Below, piece by piece: positions 48,127 through 61,589 of a DNA stretch of 64,000 nucleotides (the stretch's first letter is position 1; every line of letters begins with the position of its first letter). The stretch lies in contig CDPCPM010000020.1 of the NCBI GenBank assembly GCA_976551045.1, forward strand, positions 1,984,001 through 2,048,000, in the 5' to 3' direction. The notes under the pieces were generated by a model. It was not told where the DNA came from, did not search any database, and was given only the letters and a program-made list of their open reading frames with translations. Origin of the DNA: Glaucostegus cemiculus (lineage: Eukaryota). Position numbers and translations under genes: made by a program.

Positions 48127-51058
48127 CTTCACAGACTATTATTGTTTCTCAGCAACTGTACATTAAAACATCTGAAAAAGAAAATCAAGGTATGTCTTTA
48201 CAGAGAAGGAGGAATTAACCCACAAAGTAAGTGTTACTTGAACCACTGCATTTTGAGCTCAGCAAGCTGAACAACGTTTGCGTGGGAAAAATAAAGATTT
48301 CTAAAGGTGTGCGTCTGGTGTCAGCATCAAATATTATAAGGTTAGTTGTAATACACTTCCCTTTGAACAGGCCCCATTGTATCAGTGACATAACTTCATT
48401 CCCCAATAACTTATCCCTGAAGGCTAACACTGGAAATGATGGGTGCTATTTTATTTAGTAAATTTTAGATTTATTTTGTGCAGTTACTTATGCCCATTAA
48501 GATTTTGTTTAAAATTTGCCAAACTTATTTTGTTTTGAACATCACAACCAAAAGAGAAAAAGAGTGCTCCCTTCATTACTGTGGGATAAACAACTGCACT
48601 TACATGAATGCCAACATTTCCAAGATTTTTGGAAAAGTAGTTTTTAGAATAAAGATTTTCACTGGGAATTCTTTATCTCCACTGAATGTGTATGCATGCT
48701 TTCAAATGATTCAGCCAGTAATCACCATGTCTGTGCCCCCTCACACCTCCTGAGATACTGGCTTGATATAGTTTTAGGAGAAAATGTTTGCATCTTCAGC
48801 CAACAAATATTTCCTGGTATGTTGGTGGCAAGTCCAAAGATGGTGCAAAATTGATATAATGAATTACAATGAGGTCAGCTTGTACTGATTTAATGGCAGT
48901 TGCCCTTAGGCCAAAGGAAAGGGGGAAAAATAAACATAACCAGAGATCCCACTTCTGATTTGAACACAGTGACTTCTGCTGGAAAGTGTATATCTGCAGA
49001 CTAGGGCTTCCCAAAGTATTTTCCAATACTTTATTTCCATTTTAATACTTGAAATTTCACATGACCCCAGAAATCAACCAAAACAAAACAGTAATCAAGC
49101 TGTTTGCACAAGTTGCAATGTGATGATAACCAAATAATTTATTAAAGCAATGCAGTTTAATGGATAACTATTAACTACAATTACGAGGAATTACAGTTCC
49201 TGGTAATGGACAACACAACTTGGATGAGGACCTTGGCACCCAACCAATGGCTGGGTGGAAGCACTGTAGGGACAGGTCTCTTTCTCTCTCACTTTTTTCT
49301 AGGGGCTCTACACCAGTAGTCTCCAAGGGAGAAAGACATGGAGTACACCACCATTACCTACAGTTGTCACATGTCAGCAGAGTAAATCATTAGTCCTTCA
49401 CTCCCATGCCTCAAGATTAATATATCTTAACAAGACAGCAGGAGCTGCAAGGCATAATCTGACTGCTTTCTAACATTGGCCAAGACCAGTATCTGTGACA
49501 ATGTGATGGGCTTAACATGGTCCATGGATCATGACTCCAACAACTCATGCTACAAACAATTTGGGGTCATGACACAGAATTTGGAAAGCACTATGTAGAG
49601 TTTGGTCATACGTAGGCTGTGGTCAGATGTGGTGCCACCCACTGTAAAAGGACCTACCAATAATTACTCATCTTGGCTCACGTACAAGGAAACCCATCGC
49701 CTGGGAAGATGAGACAATCGGAACTTTACCCCAGGAAGAGTCTGCACTTTTAGAAGAGAGAGACAAAATTGAGCATGGGATCCAATATTTGCAATAATGA
49801 TCAAGAAGTATTAACCTAAGGAAAAAAAGTTACAGCATCATGGAAGTAGAAATGCAATGAAAGACCAAAAGATGAAAATGGTGAGTAACAGAAACATACT
49901 GATGAAAATAATAATGGAAATAAAAATGATTACCTTTAGGCATTATTTTGAATTTTTGGTGTATCAGTTGTTAAAATAGTGGGTACATCTGATAGTAGAT
50001 AAGAAAGTGACTTGAAGTCCCAGTTGCTCAGTCAAACAACTGAACAAATGCATACAGCTGAAAAGTCAAGGTAATTAAAACATTCTGGGTGCTAAATATA
50101 TAAGCTTCCTTCCTCCATTTAATTATAGACACCCAGGAAGCTCTAATTAATATGATTGAATTGGGGCAAGTAGCAAAAATTGCTGACTTACTCAATGGAT
50201 TTCAAACTGGTATGATGAATAAAATGTGGCATCAATAGCCCTCTACATATCTGCAGACACAATGCATCAATTTGAACTATCATGATGCCAAAGTATCTGT
50301 AATGTAAACTGTACTGTGGAGGGTTAATTTTTGTAAATGAAATATTTTGAAAAGGCTAATAGTAGGTGTGGGGATCCTGAAGGTAGCTTTACTTTGCGGA
50401 CATTGAGTACCACACAATTTTTGCTTACTACCTGAACCACATGTAAATTGGCATGGGGTCAGTAAGATCAGAATTCAGAGAAAAAGGACCTTAGATCTGA
50501 AATTCAAATAGTAGAACCAGTTTGGACAGACCCAAGAAACACAAGGGGCAGAAAATATTGATAAGAGTTGTCTATAGCCCTCAAACAGGTGTAGCTCTTA
50601 CTTATTCTGCTAGTTACAAATAGCTAACAGATTTGTCAAATGTGATTTCCCTTTCATACATGCACCTTGACTCTGCTCAATTATATTATCATCATGTGTG
50701 CATTGTTACCACATCCTTCGTAATAGATTCTATTATTTTTCCTACCACTGATGTCAGGCTAACTGGTCTGTAATTTCCCATATTCTCACTCATTCCTTTT
50801 TTAAATAGTGGGGTTATACTAGCTACCTTCTACCTTGCAATGGATTGTTTTCAGGTTGGGACACTGCGAGTAATGGTGTACCACAGGGACTGGCGCTGGG
50901 GCCCCAAGTGTTCAGCTTCTATATCAATAATTTTGAAGAAGGGACCAAGAGTAATATACCCAAATTTGCTAATTATACAAAGTTGAATGGCAGTGGCAGT
51001 TGTCAGGAGAATGCAGAGAGAGACTTCAGGTGATACAGGAATCTCAGTGAATGGGTAT

Positions 51059-51971
51059 TGTTATAGATTAGGTTACTATTGANNNNNNNNNNNNNNNNNN
51101 NNNNNNNNNNNNNNNNNNNNNNNNNNNNNNNNNNNNNNNNNNNNNNNNNNNNNNNNNNNNNNNNNNNNNNNNNNNNNNNNNNNNNNNNNNNNNNNNNNNN
51201 NNNNNNNNNNNNNNNNNNNNNNNNNNNNNNNNNNNNNNNNAGATAAAAAGAATGTGATGACATTATTGGAAAGAGAGAGAGAGAGAGAGAGACACAAAGG
51301 AAGAGAGAGCGACAGCAGCCTGTTTGTTTCTGTCGATGGATGAAAAACAGTAACTGTGTTTGTCAATCAATCCACGGATGGATTTCTGGAGTCATCCAGT
51401 GGAGTCCACTTTGTCATTAACCTGAAGAAGGAAACAGGTAGTTGTGTGGATGGCCACATTTCAGATGCTTTTCAGAGTGGCAGATGCTTTGGAACAAAGT
51501 GGTGGAATTCACTTTGCTGTTAACCTGTAGAAGGAAACAGGTATTTGAGTGGACTGTCATGATTCGGGAATTTTTGGGGTGAGGGAGTCGCTACCCAGCA
51601 AACACTGAAATGCCATTTGAGTTCCCAAGTGGAAACATTTGGATTTCATGATTCCTCTCTAAGTTCTCTCTATATCCATGTTTTGTCTTCGGTTGACGGT
51701 GCTTATGAAGAAGCCTTTACTCATGTTTCATCTTACGGCTTACTGAACTGAACTTTGAGAACCATTCCTGGACTTGGAGTTTAGGAATTTGCCACACACA
51801 CATGACAAGTTTAGTTTTTGGGGTTAATGTTTAAGATTCTAACATTTTTATTTCTAACATTCTAACTTTTTTTATATTTATTTTTCTTATTATCGTAAGT
51901 AGTTATTAATAAAGTAGTTTTTAACACTGAATTATGACTTGGTGTGTTTCTTTTGTCGCTGGTTTGTAACA
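51059..51971 (+). mobile_element. Solo LTR (contains assembly gap)
   Basis: TGTTA...TAACA termini, 4-bp flanks GTAT/GTGT, (GA)n tract, ~100-bp internal duplication (taacctg.agaaggaaacaggta x2), AATAAA ~60 bp before the end. Confidence 0.75.
51083..51240. other. Assembly gap (158 N)
   Basis: Run of n. Confidence 1.
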
Positions 51972-54900
51972 GTGTGAACATGGCACATGGAATATAATGT
52001 GGTAAGATATGATGTCATCCACTTTGTTTTTTCTTATAAAAAAGTAGAGTATTCTTTAAATGCTGAGAAATTGAAAGATGTTGGTGTTTCGAGAGACCTG
52101 GTGCTTTGTACATGAGACACTAACATTTAATGCACAGTTACAGCAAAAATTAGGAAGGCAAAGAGTACATTAACTTTTATTGCCATCTTGCGAGGCCTAC
52201 CCTTGTTTTGAGTCTGTGGCCTTTATTACAAGAGGTATTCAGTACAAGAGTAAAGACTTCTTGCTAAAATTATGCACGCTCGGACCAAGACTGCACTTGA
52301 AATATTGTGTACAGGTCTGTTCTCCCCAAGGAGGATATACTTACCATAGAGAGAGTGCATTGATTCTTGGGGCAGGGACAGATTGCCCTTTAAGGGAAAC
52401 TAAGCAGACAAGGTCTATACTCTCCAGAGTTTACAGAAATGAGAGGTGATCTCATTGAAATATACAAAATTCATATGGGGCTTGACAGGGTAGATGCAGG
52501 GATAATGTTTCCCTTGTCGTGGGTATCTGGAACCAGATGTCACAGACTAAAAACAAGAGTAGGTCTTGCAGGACTGATGAGAAGAAACTTCTTCACCCAG
52601 TCATGAACCTTTCTACCCAAGAGGACATGAAGGTTTAGTTGCTGAGTATATTCAATAGAGAGATCAATAGCTTTTTGGCTACTACAAGAATCAAGGGGCA
52701 CGGGGCTAGTGCAGGGAAGTGGTACTAAGGTAAAAGATTGGCTATAATTTAACTGAATGGCACACTTGATGTGAAAGACTAAAAAGCCTACTCCTGTTTT
52801 TATTTCTTACTTTCTTATATTTATGTGAAAACATAATTCTCTAGTTAAGATATACCAAGTGCATTCACTCTCAAAATATTTTCAATTGCACTAGCTTAAG
52901 GTCCTAACAAAAGAGCAAACCAAAGGGACAGAGCAAAAAAGCATGGATCCGATAACTAACTTGTACAAATCCTTTACTACGCTGCAGCTGGGCATTGTGT
53001 ATGGTTTTGGGATTCCCAGTATAGGAAAGATGTAGAAGTTATGGAGAAAATGCAGAGTAAATCAACTATAATGTTTTCAATGTACATAAAAGATAACAAT
53101 TATGAAAGGAATAACGAGGAGATTAAGCTTTTCCCTCAGAGTTGAGAAGGATAAGGGACAGACAACCTTAGAGGCCTTCAGAATTATGGGGGATTATGAT
53201 TAGGACAAATTGTGATCAACTGTTTCCATTAGTCAGTGAAATGACAATGAGAGCATAAATAAAGGAAAGGATCACAAAAGGCATGAAATATGATTTCAGA
53301 TAGGGCATGATTACACTGTGAAAGCTTCTGCCAAGATCCATTGTTAAATGAGAGCCCATAAATTACTTTAAATAGGAAATTAAGCAGTTGCTTAGAAATG
53401 ATATGGGAAGCATGAAGGAGGATGAGATTGGGCTGAGTTGGTAAATGAAGAACAACCATATGACACTTAAACCTCAAATTTCTTGTCACATTCTGTGATT
53501 CTAACATTTGTATTTATAGTTGAAATCAGGTTAAGTTATGAGCAAAAAAAAAGCTGGAAAAACCAGGCTTCTAAGTTTTGAAAAGAGGCAAGTAACATGG
53601 AGCTACGCAGTAGTACATAAAACACTAACTGGAATATTAAAGATTAATTTGAGCAATGCTTTATTAAACTATGATTCTGGAACAAGGGGGACAAAGGTAC
53701 AAAATGATAAAGGACTGTGCAAAATCATTTGCACAGAGATGAACAGTTGAAATCCTCAAGATGTGGAGGCAAAACCCTCGTATTCACTCAAAAGGTGGTG
53801 AGATGTTCTGAAGTAGCTGGAATTGCAGATTTCTATAAAATGTTCAGCAAGATCTATCTCCCTCTCTGCACTTCTGTCTAAATACATTGCAAGAGGCCTT
53901 CCCAGAATTCACAGAAGTATTTCAGCCTTTACTGCTCTTCGCTTTCTGATTGTGGTCAAACAAGCCAACTATATCTGATCCTGACACAGATCAGTCATTA
54001 TGGATTCAATGAATCATGTAATAATATTATAACAATATTTTGGAAAAAATTGAGAAGTTGCTGCAAAGCTTCACATTCATTTCTGTAGAAATAAACAGCA
54101 CATCGGAATACAAGATCCAAAAAAAAATGTCAATTAAAAGCAGTTGCTTGAAAACCGCAACTTGTTAGAACTTGCTGGCAGTGATAAGCTGCCTGCGCAC
54201 ACTGCTGACTTCTGTTTAATGTTTGAACTTACTCTTCTGGAATCACCAATGGTATCTTGTGTATTTTAAATTTTATTTGTTCATGGGATGCAAGCATCAC
54301 TGGCAAGACTAACATTTACTGTCCGTTCCTAATTGCCCTTGAGAAGGTAGAGGCGAGCCACCTTCTTAAACTTCTGCAGTCCTTCAATTGAAAATAATCT
54401 CACAATGTTTAGGGTAGGGAATTCCAAGATTTAGACCCAATGACTCTGAAGGAACTATGCTATATTGCCAAGTCAGGATGATTTGTGACTTGGAGAGACC
54501 TGCAGATGATGGCGTTCTCGTAAGCCTGCTGCCCTTTCCCTTTTTGGTGGTAGATGTCATGGGTTTATGAGGTGTTGCCCAAAACTGTCCTGATCCAAAA
54601 TGGTCAGGCCATGTGTAGCAGCAGGGCAGTGCGCTAGGTAATGCTGTCATGTGGGCGAGGTGGGCTGATCTGCCTTCCTTGCCTGTATTGTTGTCTTAAT
54701 AAGTTGCAGGAAGCCTCCCAACAGAAACAAAAACATTCTTCCAGGATGTGGAGTCACAAAACAGCTGAGAAAGATGGCAGCCGGCAAAACCACATACCCA
54801 GGCTTAGCTGATTTTCAAATCTGACAAGAACTGATGCTTTTGAATGTCATTAACATTCAGAGACACTCAAAGCTATACAAATAAACTAAACAATATTTAA

Positions 54901-57900
54901 ATATTAAAACACTTAGCAAATCTGATTAATTTAAAAAATTGTAAATTACCTTATACTGCCTTGGTCCCTTGCAGCCCCATGCTCGTGAATTTACAGCATG
55001 TTTGCACTCTGCTGCTGGATTCCATGAGGAGTCCAACATTGGAGTGCTGTCACTTTATAGGCCAGCAAATTCGGGGCCTCTGATTCTGCTCCCTCAATCC
55101 CCCATTGCGAGATTCATTGTAGCAGAAAGAGGGTGTCACCTTACAATGTGATGAACTGCAATCTCCATAAATTTAAAAACGGTTGTATTTTTATAAAGAA
55201 GAGTTTCAATGGCAGCACTTGCTTGAGATGTGGAACCAAATGGTTGATCATGAATTTATCTGCATTAAAGTGTCAATACACACAGATTTGTGAGAGGACA
55301 GCTCATAATCAGTGAAAATTCTAAAAGCAGCATTCTAAATTAAGCTTTCGCATAAGCAAATGAAATGTTAATGTGTAAACCTGACAATAACTATCCTACA
55401 TTTTGCATTTCAGAGAGAAAAATCTCCTTAATTTTAGACCACATCTTGATACCAAGGAGGAAATCTGGTACAACTACATCCCGTGATATCAAAAGATCTA
55501 AAAGGTATCTAACAAGATCACAAAGTTTATCAAGACATCACCCACCCTAAGTATCACCTGAGCAAACAGCCTCAATGCCTGTGACAGGGTAGTGAATTTG
55601 CAACCTTTGCCTAGTACCCAACCTTCCACATGGCTATTATCAAAAATACATAGTTCAGAAGTATGCAACACCATGCTAAGTAACTAGTTAGCAAATGGCT
55701 TACTATATTCTGAAATGCCATGTAAGCAAATATATATTTCCAGCAAGTAACTGGTGTGAAATTTTGGATAAACAGGATGGGTACAAAGACTAAGGACTCC
55801 TCCAATCTGTCTGAATCCACTGATCAGTAGAGCCTCACAGGCCAGTGAAGACTTGGGATTGGTCCCTAATTTGTGCCAAGTTAGCTGTTCCCATCCAGTC
55901 AAGCAGCAACTGTTGTATAACTCACCTCAGAAAACCTGCCAAAATCAATTACCAATTGACACATAGAGCATCAACATATTGAACCACAGAATGCAGACTC
56001 ACTCCTGTAAAAGTTAAGTTTCCTGACCTACCATCAAGAAAAACCCAGGGTCTTCCTCAGAATGGAAAGGAAGGGAAAAAGAGAAATCAAAAAATAAATC
56101 ACTGACATATTCCTGTCAGATTACACCATCATATCTGCTAAGGTGAGGGTGTTTATAGTATTATTGTATACTAATTTAACATACACTTTGGTAATGCATT
56201 TCCACTGCTACATCTCTATATTTTCCATTGGATTCCTTACAAATATGAAGCCACTACTTTAGGAGCAAGGAACAAAGGATGCAATTGAGCACAGGAATGC
56301 AACTTTCTCTAAACAGGATTTTAGCTGCCAGCTTTAAGCAGCACAAAAGGAAAATGTCTTCAATTCGGTGCAACACACAGTAATGTCCCAGGTTTAAATC
56401 CTGGGACTATTATATGAAGTAGCATCTCCAGAAAGGAGGAATTGTGTGACCAAGTTCCTATCCTTGAATATTATTCTGTTAGGCTGTTAGGAATATGCAG
56501 GTGCGGCTTCCATATGGTTTACAGACAAAAACCCTATTGACATTCCCAGCTCAACTCACCCTATGAAGAATGTTGCCTTTGATGGGAGAACTAAGAGTTT
56601 CCAGCACCCATTGAACAGTATATCCAGCTAAGTCACTGTTTTCAGGATAGGGTTGGCATAAAAGGATAGTTAGGAGGAGAAATTGCCAAGGGTGGAGTTA
56701 TTCTCTTTAGAATAGAGGAAGCCAAGGAAAGGTTGAATCAAGGTGTATAAAATGCGAGGCCCAGATAGGATGGACTGATTTTCCCCACTAGCAAGGACAA
56801 TAACTAGGGAGGGGCATAGATTTGCAAAGGATCAGAAGGGAACAGAGAATTTTTCTGCAATCAAAGATTGCTGACAGGCTAGAACTCACTACCTGAAAGG
56901 ATGAAAGGATGACAGAGACAGAAACCCTTGTATTTAAAAAGAGGAACACTCAAAGTGTGGCTTTTTTTTGTGCAGCTGGCAAAGGCACAATAAGCTGCAA
57001 CCCCTCTTTCTCTCCTCCAATCTTCTATCATACTATGAGGGAAAGGGAAAACAAGTGGCTCCAAAACTCATTACAAATATCCAGCATGCTTATGACATTA
57101 TTTCATTATTAATTTCAGGACATAAATTAAGGCTTCATCTCTTTTACCATGGATATCTAATCTGCTTTAGAGCTACTCTATCAAAGAGATGCACAGAGAT
57201 TATGATTTACTGTATGTAACTGAGATACTCGACATGGATTAGTTCATCTCAGCTGCATAAAATAAATGACAACTTCTATCCATAAGTTTTCAAAATTGTA
57301 TACTACCAACAAAACAAATATTTAGATTCATTTTCATTCTCACCAGGTTTTTTCCCTTTTCCAGATGTTTCCAGTTTTCTATTCAATATTAAGTCCTAGT
57401 CACCTGGATCTTTGCCTACTTCAACCAGACTGTCACAGCACAGAGATTTCAAAATTCTCACCTACAAATCTTGCCATTGCCTCACTGCCAAAATTTCTCA
57501 AGACCAAATAAAAACAGAAAGTACTGAAATGGCTAATGGGTCTCCAACTTGAAACATTAACTCCATTTCTCCTTCCACAGACAATGACTGACCTATTGAC
57601 TGTTTCCAGCATTTTCTGTAGTTATTCCACATTTCCAATGTCTACAGTTTTTGAAAAATGTTCTCATCCAACCTTTCTTTTCATACTTTCTTCTCCTTCG
57701 AGCTTGGCCTACTTGTGCATCAGACACTTTCCCACAACCCACCTATCCTAATGGTACAATCTTCAACTATAAATACCTATGTTTGTAGATTCTACTCCTA
57801 AATCCACTTCACCTTGCTGCCTCTTCTACCTGTTTCCCCACCTTCAAATCTTTTCTTCAATCACACCTTCAGTTACCTCACACAACTCTCCCTGACAGAC

Positions 57901-58359
57901 CAATCCCCTCTTTTTAAAGTTTTTTCGGACATTTTCTTACATTAGTTTATATTTGTGCAAGACATTTTTAAAGTACTAAGAGAAAAAATTAAAGCGTTTT
58001 GTCCAGAAACACTATCTTATTAAAATCACCTATTAATAGCAGATATCGAGTCTTTTCTGTTTCATGGGCAATCCAAGAATTTTGAAGACAATGTTTATTA
58101 AGCCTGTTACTATGAATCACAATATATACAGTAACAAACTTGCTAAGGCTGTTACGGGATTTCTAGGCCTCAACATTCTGCTGCATGGAACAACTTCAAA
58201 CATAAACCGAACTGAATCCCTACTCAAAATATTTAAACTCTAGGCATAATTAAAAGAGTGGATTGGAACAATTACAAAATTGACAGAAAACAGGGACATA
58301 TTTACATACACGGTTCAATTCCTTTACTCACTCCTCCAAACACAACGAGTACCAAACAG

Positions 58360-59470
58360 GTCCTCCCAGACAAGAGCGACTTAGAACCAAAGAGCTGCGC
58401 TTCGAATGCTTAATTTCTTTTGATCATATTCACAATGAGATGAGGTACTTCAGACTCAAAATTGTGTAAACTGAATGCCCTAAAGACAAATTTTGAAATC
58501 AAACGTCCGAAAATATTGTAATGGAAAACAGTTCCGAAACACACAGTCGTTACCAGCTGCTGAGCAGATTGCCGGGCATCGACAGCTGCCTGCAGAGACG
58601 CTCCAAACAGCGTCTTCTCCGGTTGCTCTTGCCTCGGAGGACCTGAATCGAAGCTCGTCGTGCTTGGAGGACCAAGTGAGGGGGGAAAAAGGCTAAATAG
58701 TGTAAGTAAATGTGTTTCTTTCTTCTGTTCGTTATTTATCGAGTTTATTCCCAGTATTGGTAAAGTGAGGTTATTTATTTACGTCTTTAAAAATGCGAAC
58801 AATTTTTTTTTTGTTCATTTGCCTACTGGAATTTATGTCAATTTGTGTAAAGCACTTGAGGCCTAGGAGCGCAGTCGAAGCCTCGCACCAAGTTCGAGAA
58901 CTTTCCACCGCGACGCCACCAAAACTGTCAACATCCCGCTTTCGAGCGAGTCTCCTCACGGCGGTAGGCCGAGGAACTAGAACTGTTTGAGGGGAGATCA
59001 CGTCCAGTGGTTAGGTTAAAACTTACGGCCGTCTTGAAAGAATGGAATTGCGAATTCCGGACACACAAAAAGAAAATACACAATGTCAAAATGAAAGTCC
59101 AATGAATGAAACATGAAAGAATATCCAAACTGAATTTATAGATGTTTCAATCACGAGATTCCTACGGGATGTTAAAATTCTTGACTTAAAATTTCCGTTT
59201 TTAAACTAATTGAAGCCGTTTGCTCCAGAAACCGACTTCCTTTTGATATCGCGAAACAACGGTGTTGCCCACCTTCAACCAAATGGCTGTGCAGCATTTA
59301 GTGCCCCGGCTGGGGATGTCGGAAGGTTCCGCTGAGTGTGGGGAAAGAGATCATCGCAGTTCAGTCTGATTCACGATGCGTTGATGAAATGAAAGAATGG
59401 ATATCTTTGTCGTCCACCCTGGTGTTTGGAGAGTGAAGCTGAAACCTTCCCAGTCCATGTCGTGCAGTAC
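58360..59470. promoter_or_regulatory. CpG-rich promoter region, probably zc3h10 promoter and non-coding first exon(s)
   Basis: Marked local CpG retention. Housekeeping-type motifs near 59230-59325: ACTTCC (ETS), ATCGCGA (BANP-like), GTTGCC (RFX-like), AAATGGC (YY1-like). Minus-strand donors GCC|GTAAGT (59027/59026) and CTG|GTAACG (58554/58553). Nearest CpG island 5' of the zc3h10 coding exon. Confidence 0.7.
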
Positions 59471-60179
59471 TCATTCCGGTCGTTTTCAACCACTAAATCA
59501 ATGGAACTCAAAGTACATATGTACATGTGCTTCAAAAATAAATGTTTTAACCAGTTGACTTATAAAAAGAGTATTGACAACTGGTTTTTAAAATCTTATT
59601 TCCAAATGACTGTTACTATGATATTATTTACCATTTTCCTCCTTAGGTCACTGCATCTTTTGCCATTCAAGAGGCGTAATCAGCAAGGTTCACTTGGCCA
59701 CTTACAGGTATGAGGAAGGGCAAATGATCAGATTTTCTTTTCTCTTTGCTATTCTGTGAGGCAATAATGGATTATTATTTTGTGACCCCTTTCAGTTTGT
59801 GACTAACGTTGGCATCTCATGATATGAATGCTTTTAAAATTCCTCTCTACCCTGTCCAGTTTTGTTTCCTTAACCTTCCTAAAGTTGATGAAAAGTGAGG
59901 TATAGCCCACAGGCGGCACCATTTATTTACCTAAGAGTTTACCCATGTAATCATTGATAACCTAAGTGTAAATATTGAGTGCTACAGAGGTCCACAGCCA
60001 GAGTTAATCCTGCCCAGTGTCCTTATAGGTGTCAGTCTTAGGGTATAGGATGATAATTTGTGCCTTGTTGGTCAATACCTCATTGAGTGTTGCTTGGTGT
60101 GGCTCAGAATTTCTCTTTGTCCTGAATATTTCTGTCACACTTGCTGCAGATGAAGGCAGTGGTCTGAGAAGGTGCAAAA

Positions 60180-60510
60180 TTTGCTAATCTCTGCTTTCTC
60201 TGACCTCTTTTAGTTGAATTTTCTGTTTCTTGTTTCTTCCAAAACCCTCCTGAACAGTCAAACTCCAGAGGTCATGCTGGTGCCCACCTTCTTCATATCA
60301 CACTTACAGTTGTCCTTGTAGTGGAGATGTGGGCATCCAGCTGGTTGTGACCCCATGACCAGTTCACCAGACAGAATGTCATTGGGAATATGGCTATCAT
60401 CCATCTGATGAATGTGGTTACCTCATTGCAGATGTTATTAGCTTAGTAGTAAGTGTTTGCTGATGGACTTGGTGTACTCCAGGATCTCTGAGTGACCTTG
60501 TCCTGCTAGA
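60180..60510 (-). mobile_element. RTE-type LINE C-terminal fragment
   Basis: Reverse frames give degraded HQMDDSHIP.DIL.GEL..GS.P.G.PHL.YKD, an RTE ORF C-terminus pattern. Confidence 0.6.
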
Positions 60511-60511
60511 C

Positions 60512-60807
60512 GATAAGATAAGATCTTTATTAGTCACATGTACATCGAAATACACAGTGAAATACATCTTTTGTATTGTGATTTTTGGGGGGCAGCCCGC
60601 TTCTCATGCTTCCGGTGCCTACATAGCATGCCCATAACTTCCTAACCTGTACGTCTTTGGAAAGTGGGAGGAAACCAGAGCACCTGGAGGAAACCCACAC
60701 AGACATGGGGAGAACGTACAAACTCCTTACAGACAGTGGCCGGATTTGAACCCGAGTTGCTGGCGCTGTAAGACATTGTGCTAACCACTATGCTACTGTG
60801 TCGTCCC
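60512..60807 (-). mobile_element. V-SINE with (ATCTT)n-type tail
   Basis: gataagataagat tail, gtgggaggaaaccagagcacctggaggaaacccac core, ggatttgaacccgag B-box. Confidence 0.9.
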
Positions 60808-61589
60808 GTGTCGAGAATACATCTGTCCAAAGGTGTACGCTTTAATCCTGTTTGGACTGGAATCTTACCATTTAAAAAAAAATCTTAAAAGCCAAAGCCT
60901 GGTTTGTTTTCTTCTTCTGTTGTGGCCATAGTTGAGATAAGCTGGCTAAGTGCATACTGTGGGGAAAATTCAGACACTGTGCTATCCTGCCTTATTGTTC
61001 ATTGCCACACTATGTCTTGTATTTTTGGCAGGAGTGAGGTGGGAAGAGGAGAGGATTCTTTGTGTTTTTGACTAGGTTGTATTGCTACATTGTTTTAAAA
61101 ACAAGTCACAGGAAAGTACCGTGGTACAAAGTTCTGTCCTATCTGTATTTCTCAGGTGAGAAAATGATCCTCCCCTGCCTGGAGTGAGTTCAGTATCACA
61201 AATTGGACCAGAAACTGGTTAGGATTATTTACTAAAATACTGAAAGTTCAGAACTCAAAGGCACAATACAACTTAAAATTGTATGATCCAATTTGTCAAT
61301 GTTACTTCGGCAAAACCATTCAATGAGTAAGTATGCTGCTCTGGAAGGTTGATGAATGATACTTGAAACAGTTCATCAGATGATTGTCATGTTCTTGATT
61401 CCAGCTTTGAGAAAATGGACCAATAACTTGAATATTTTATTTAACTGATTTCAGGTTATGTGCTTCATGGTACTGATGGTAACAGACTTCTGACATTAGG
61501 AAGCAGAGCAGCATTTTCCTCTTAGATATGCTGTTATTGAACTCCTCCTCCAGAATGCAAATTAGAACGTGCAAGGTGCAAGGAAAGAG

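Larger units (their letters stand above)
50835..52820 (+). mobile_element. Decayed CR1 RT region interrupted by a solo LTR
   Basis: GVPQGLALGPQVFSFYINNF...KFANYTKL; resumes after 51975 (aacatggcacatggaatataatgtg); RGIQYKSKD..LKL. Confidence 0.85.

Noticed and set aside
61341-61404. Possible C/D box snoRNA (ctggaa...tgatga...ttga ttccag)
   Set aside because: Box C lacks the leading purine, box D is TTGA not CTGA, and I see no recognisable guide. A snoscan/Rfam search would settle it.
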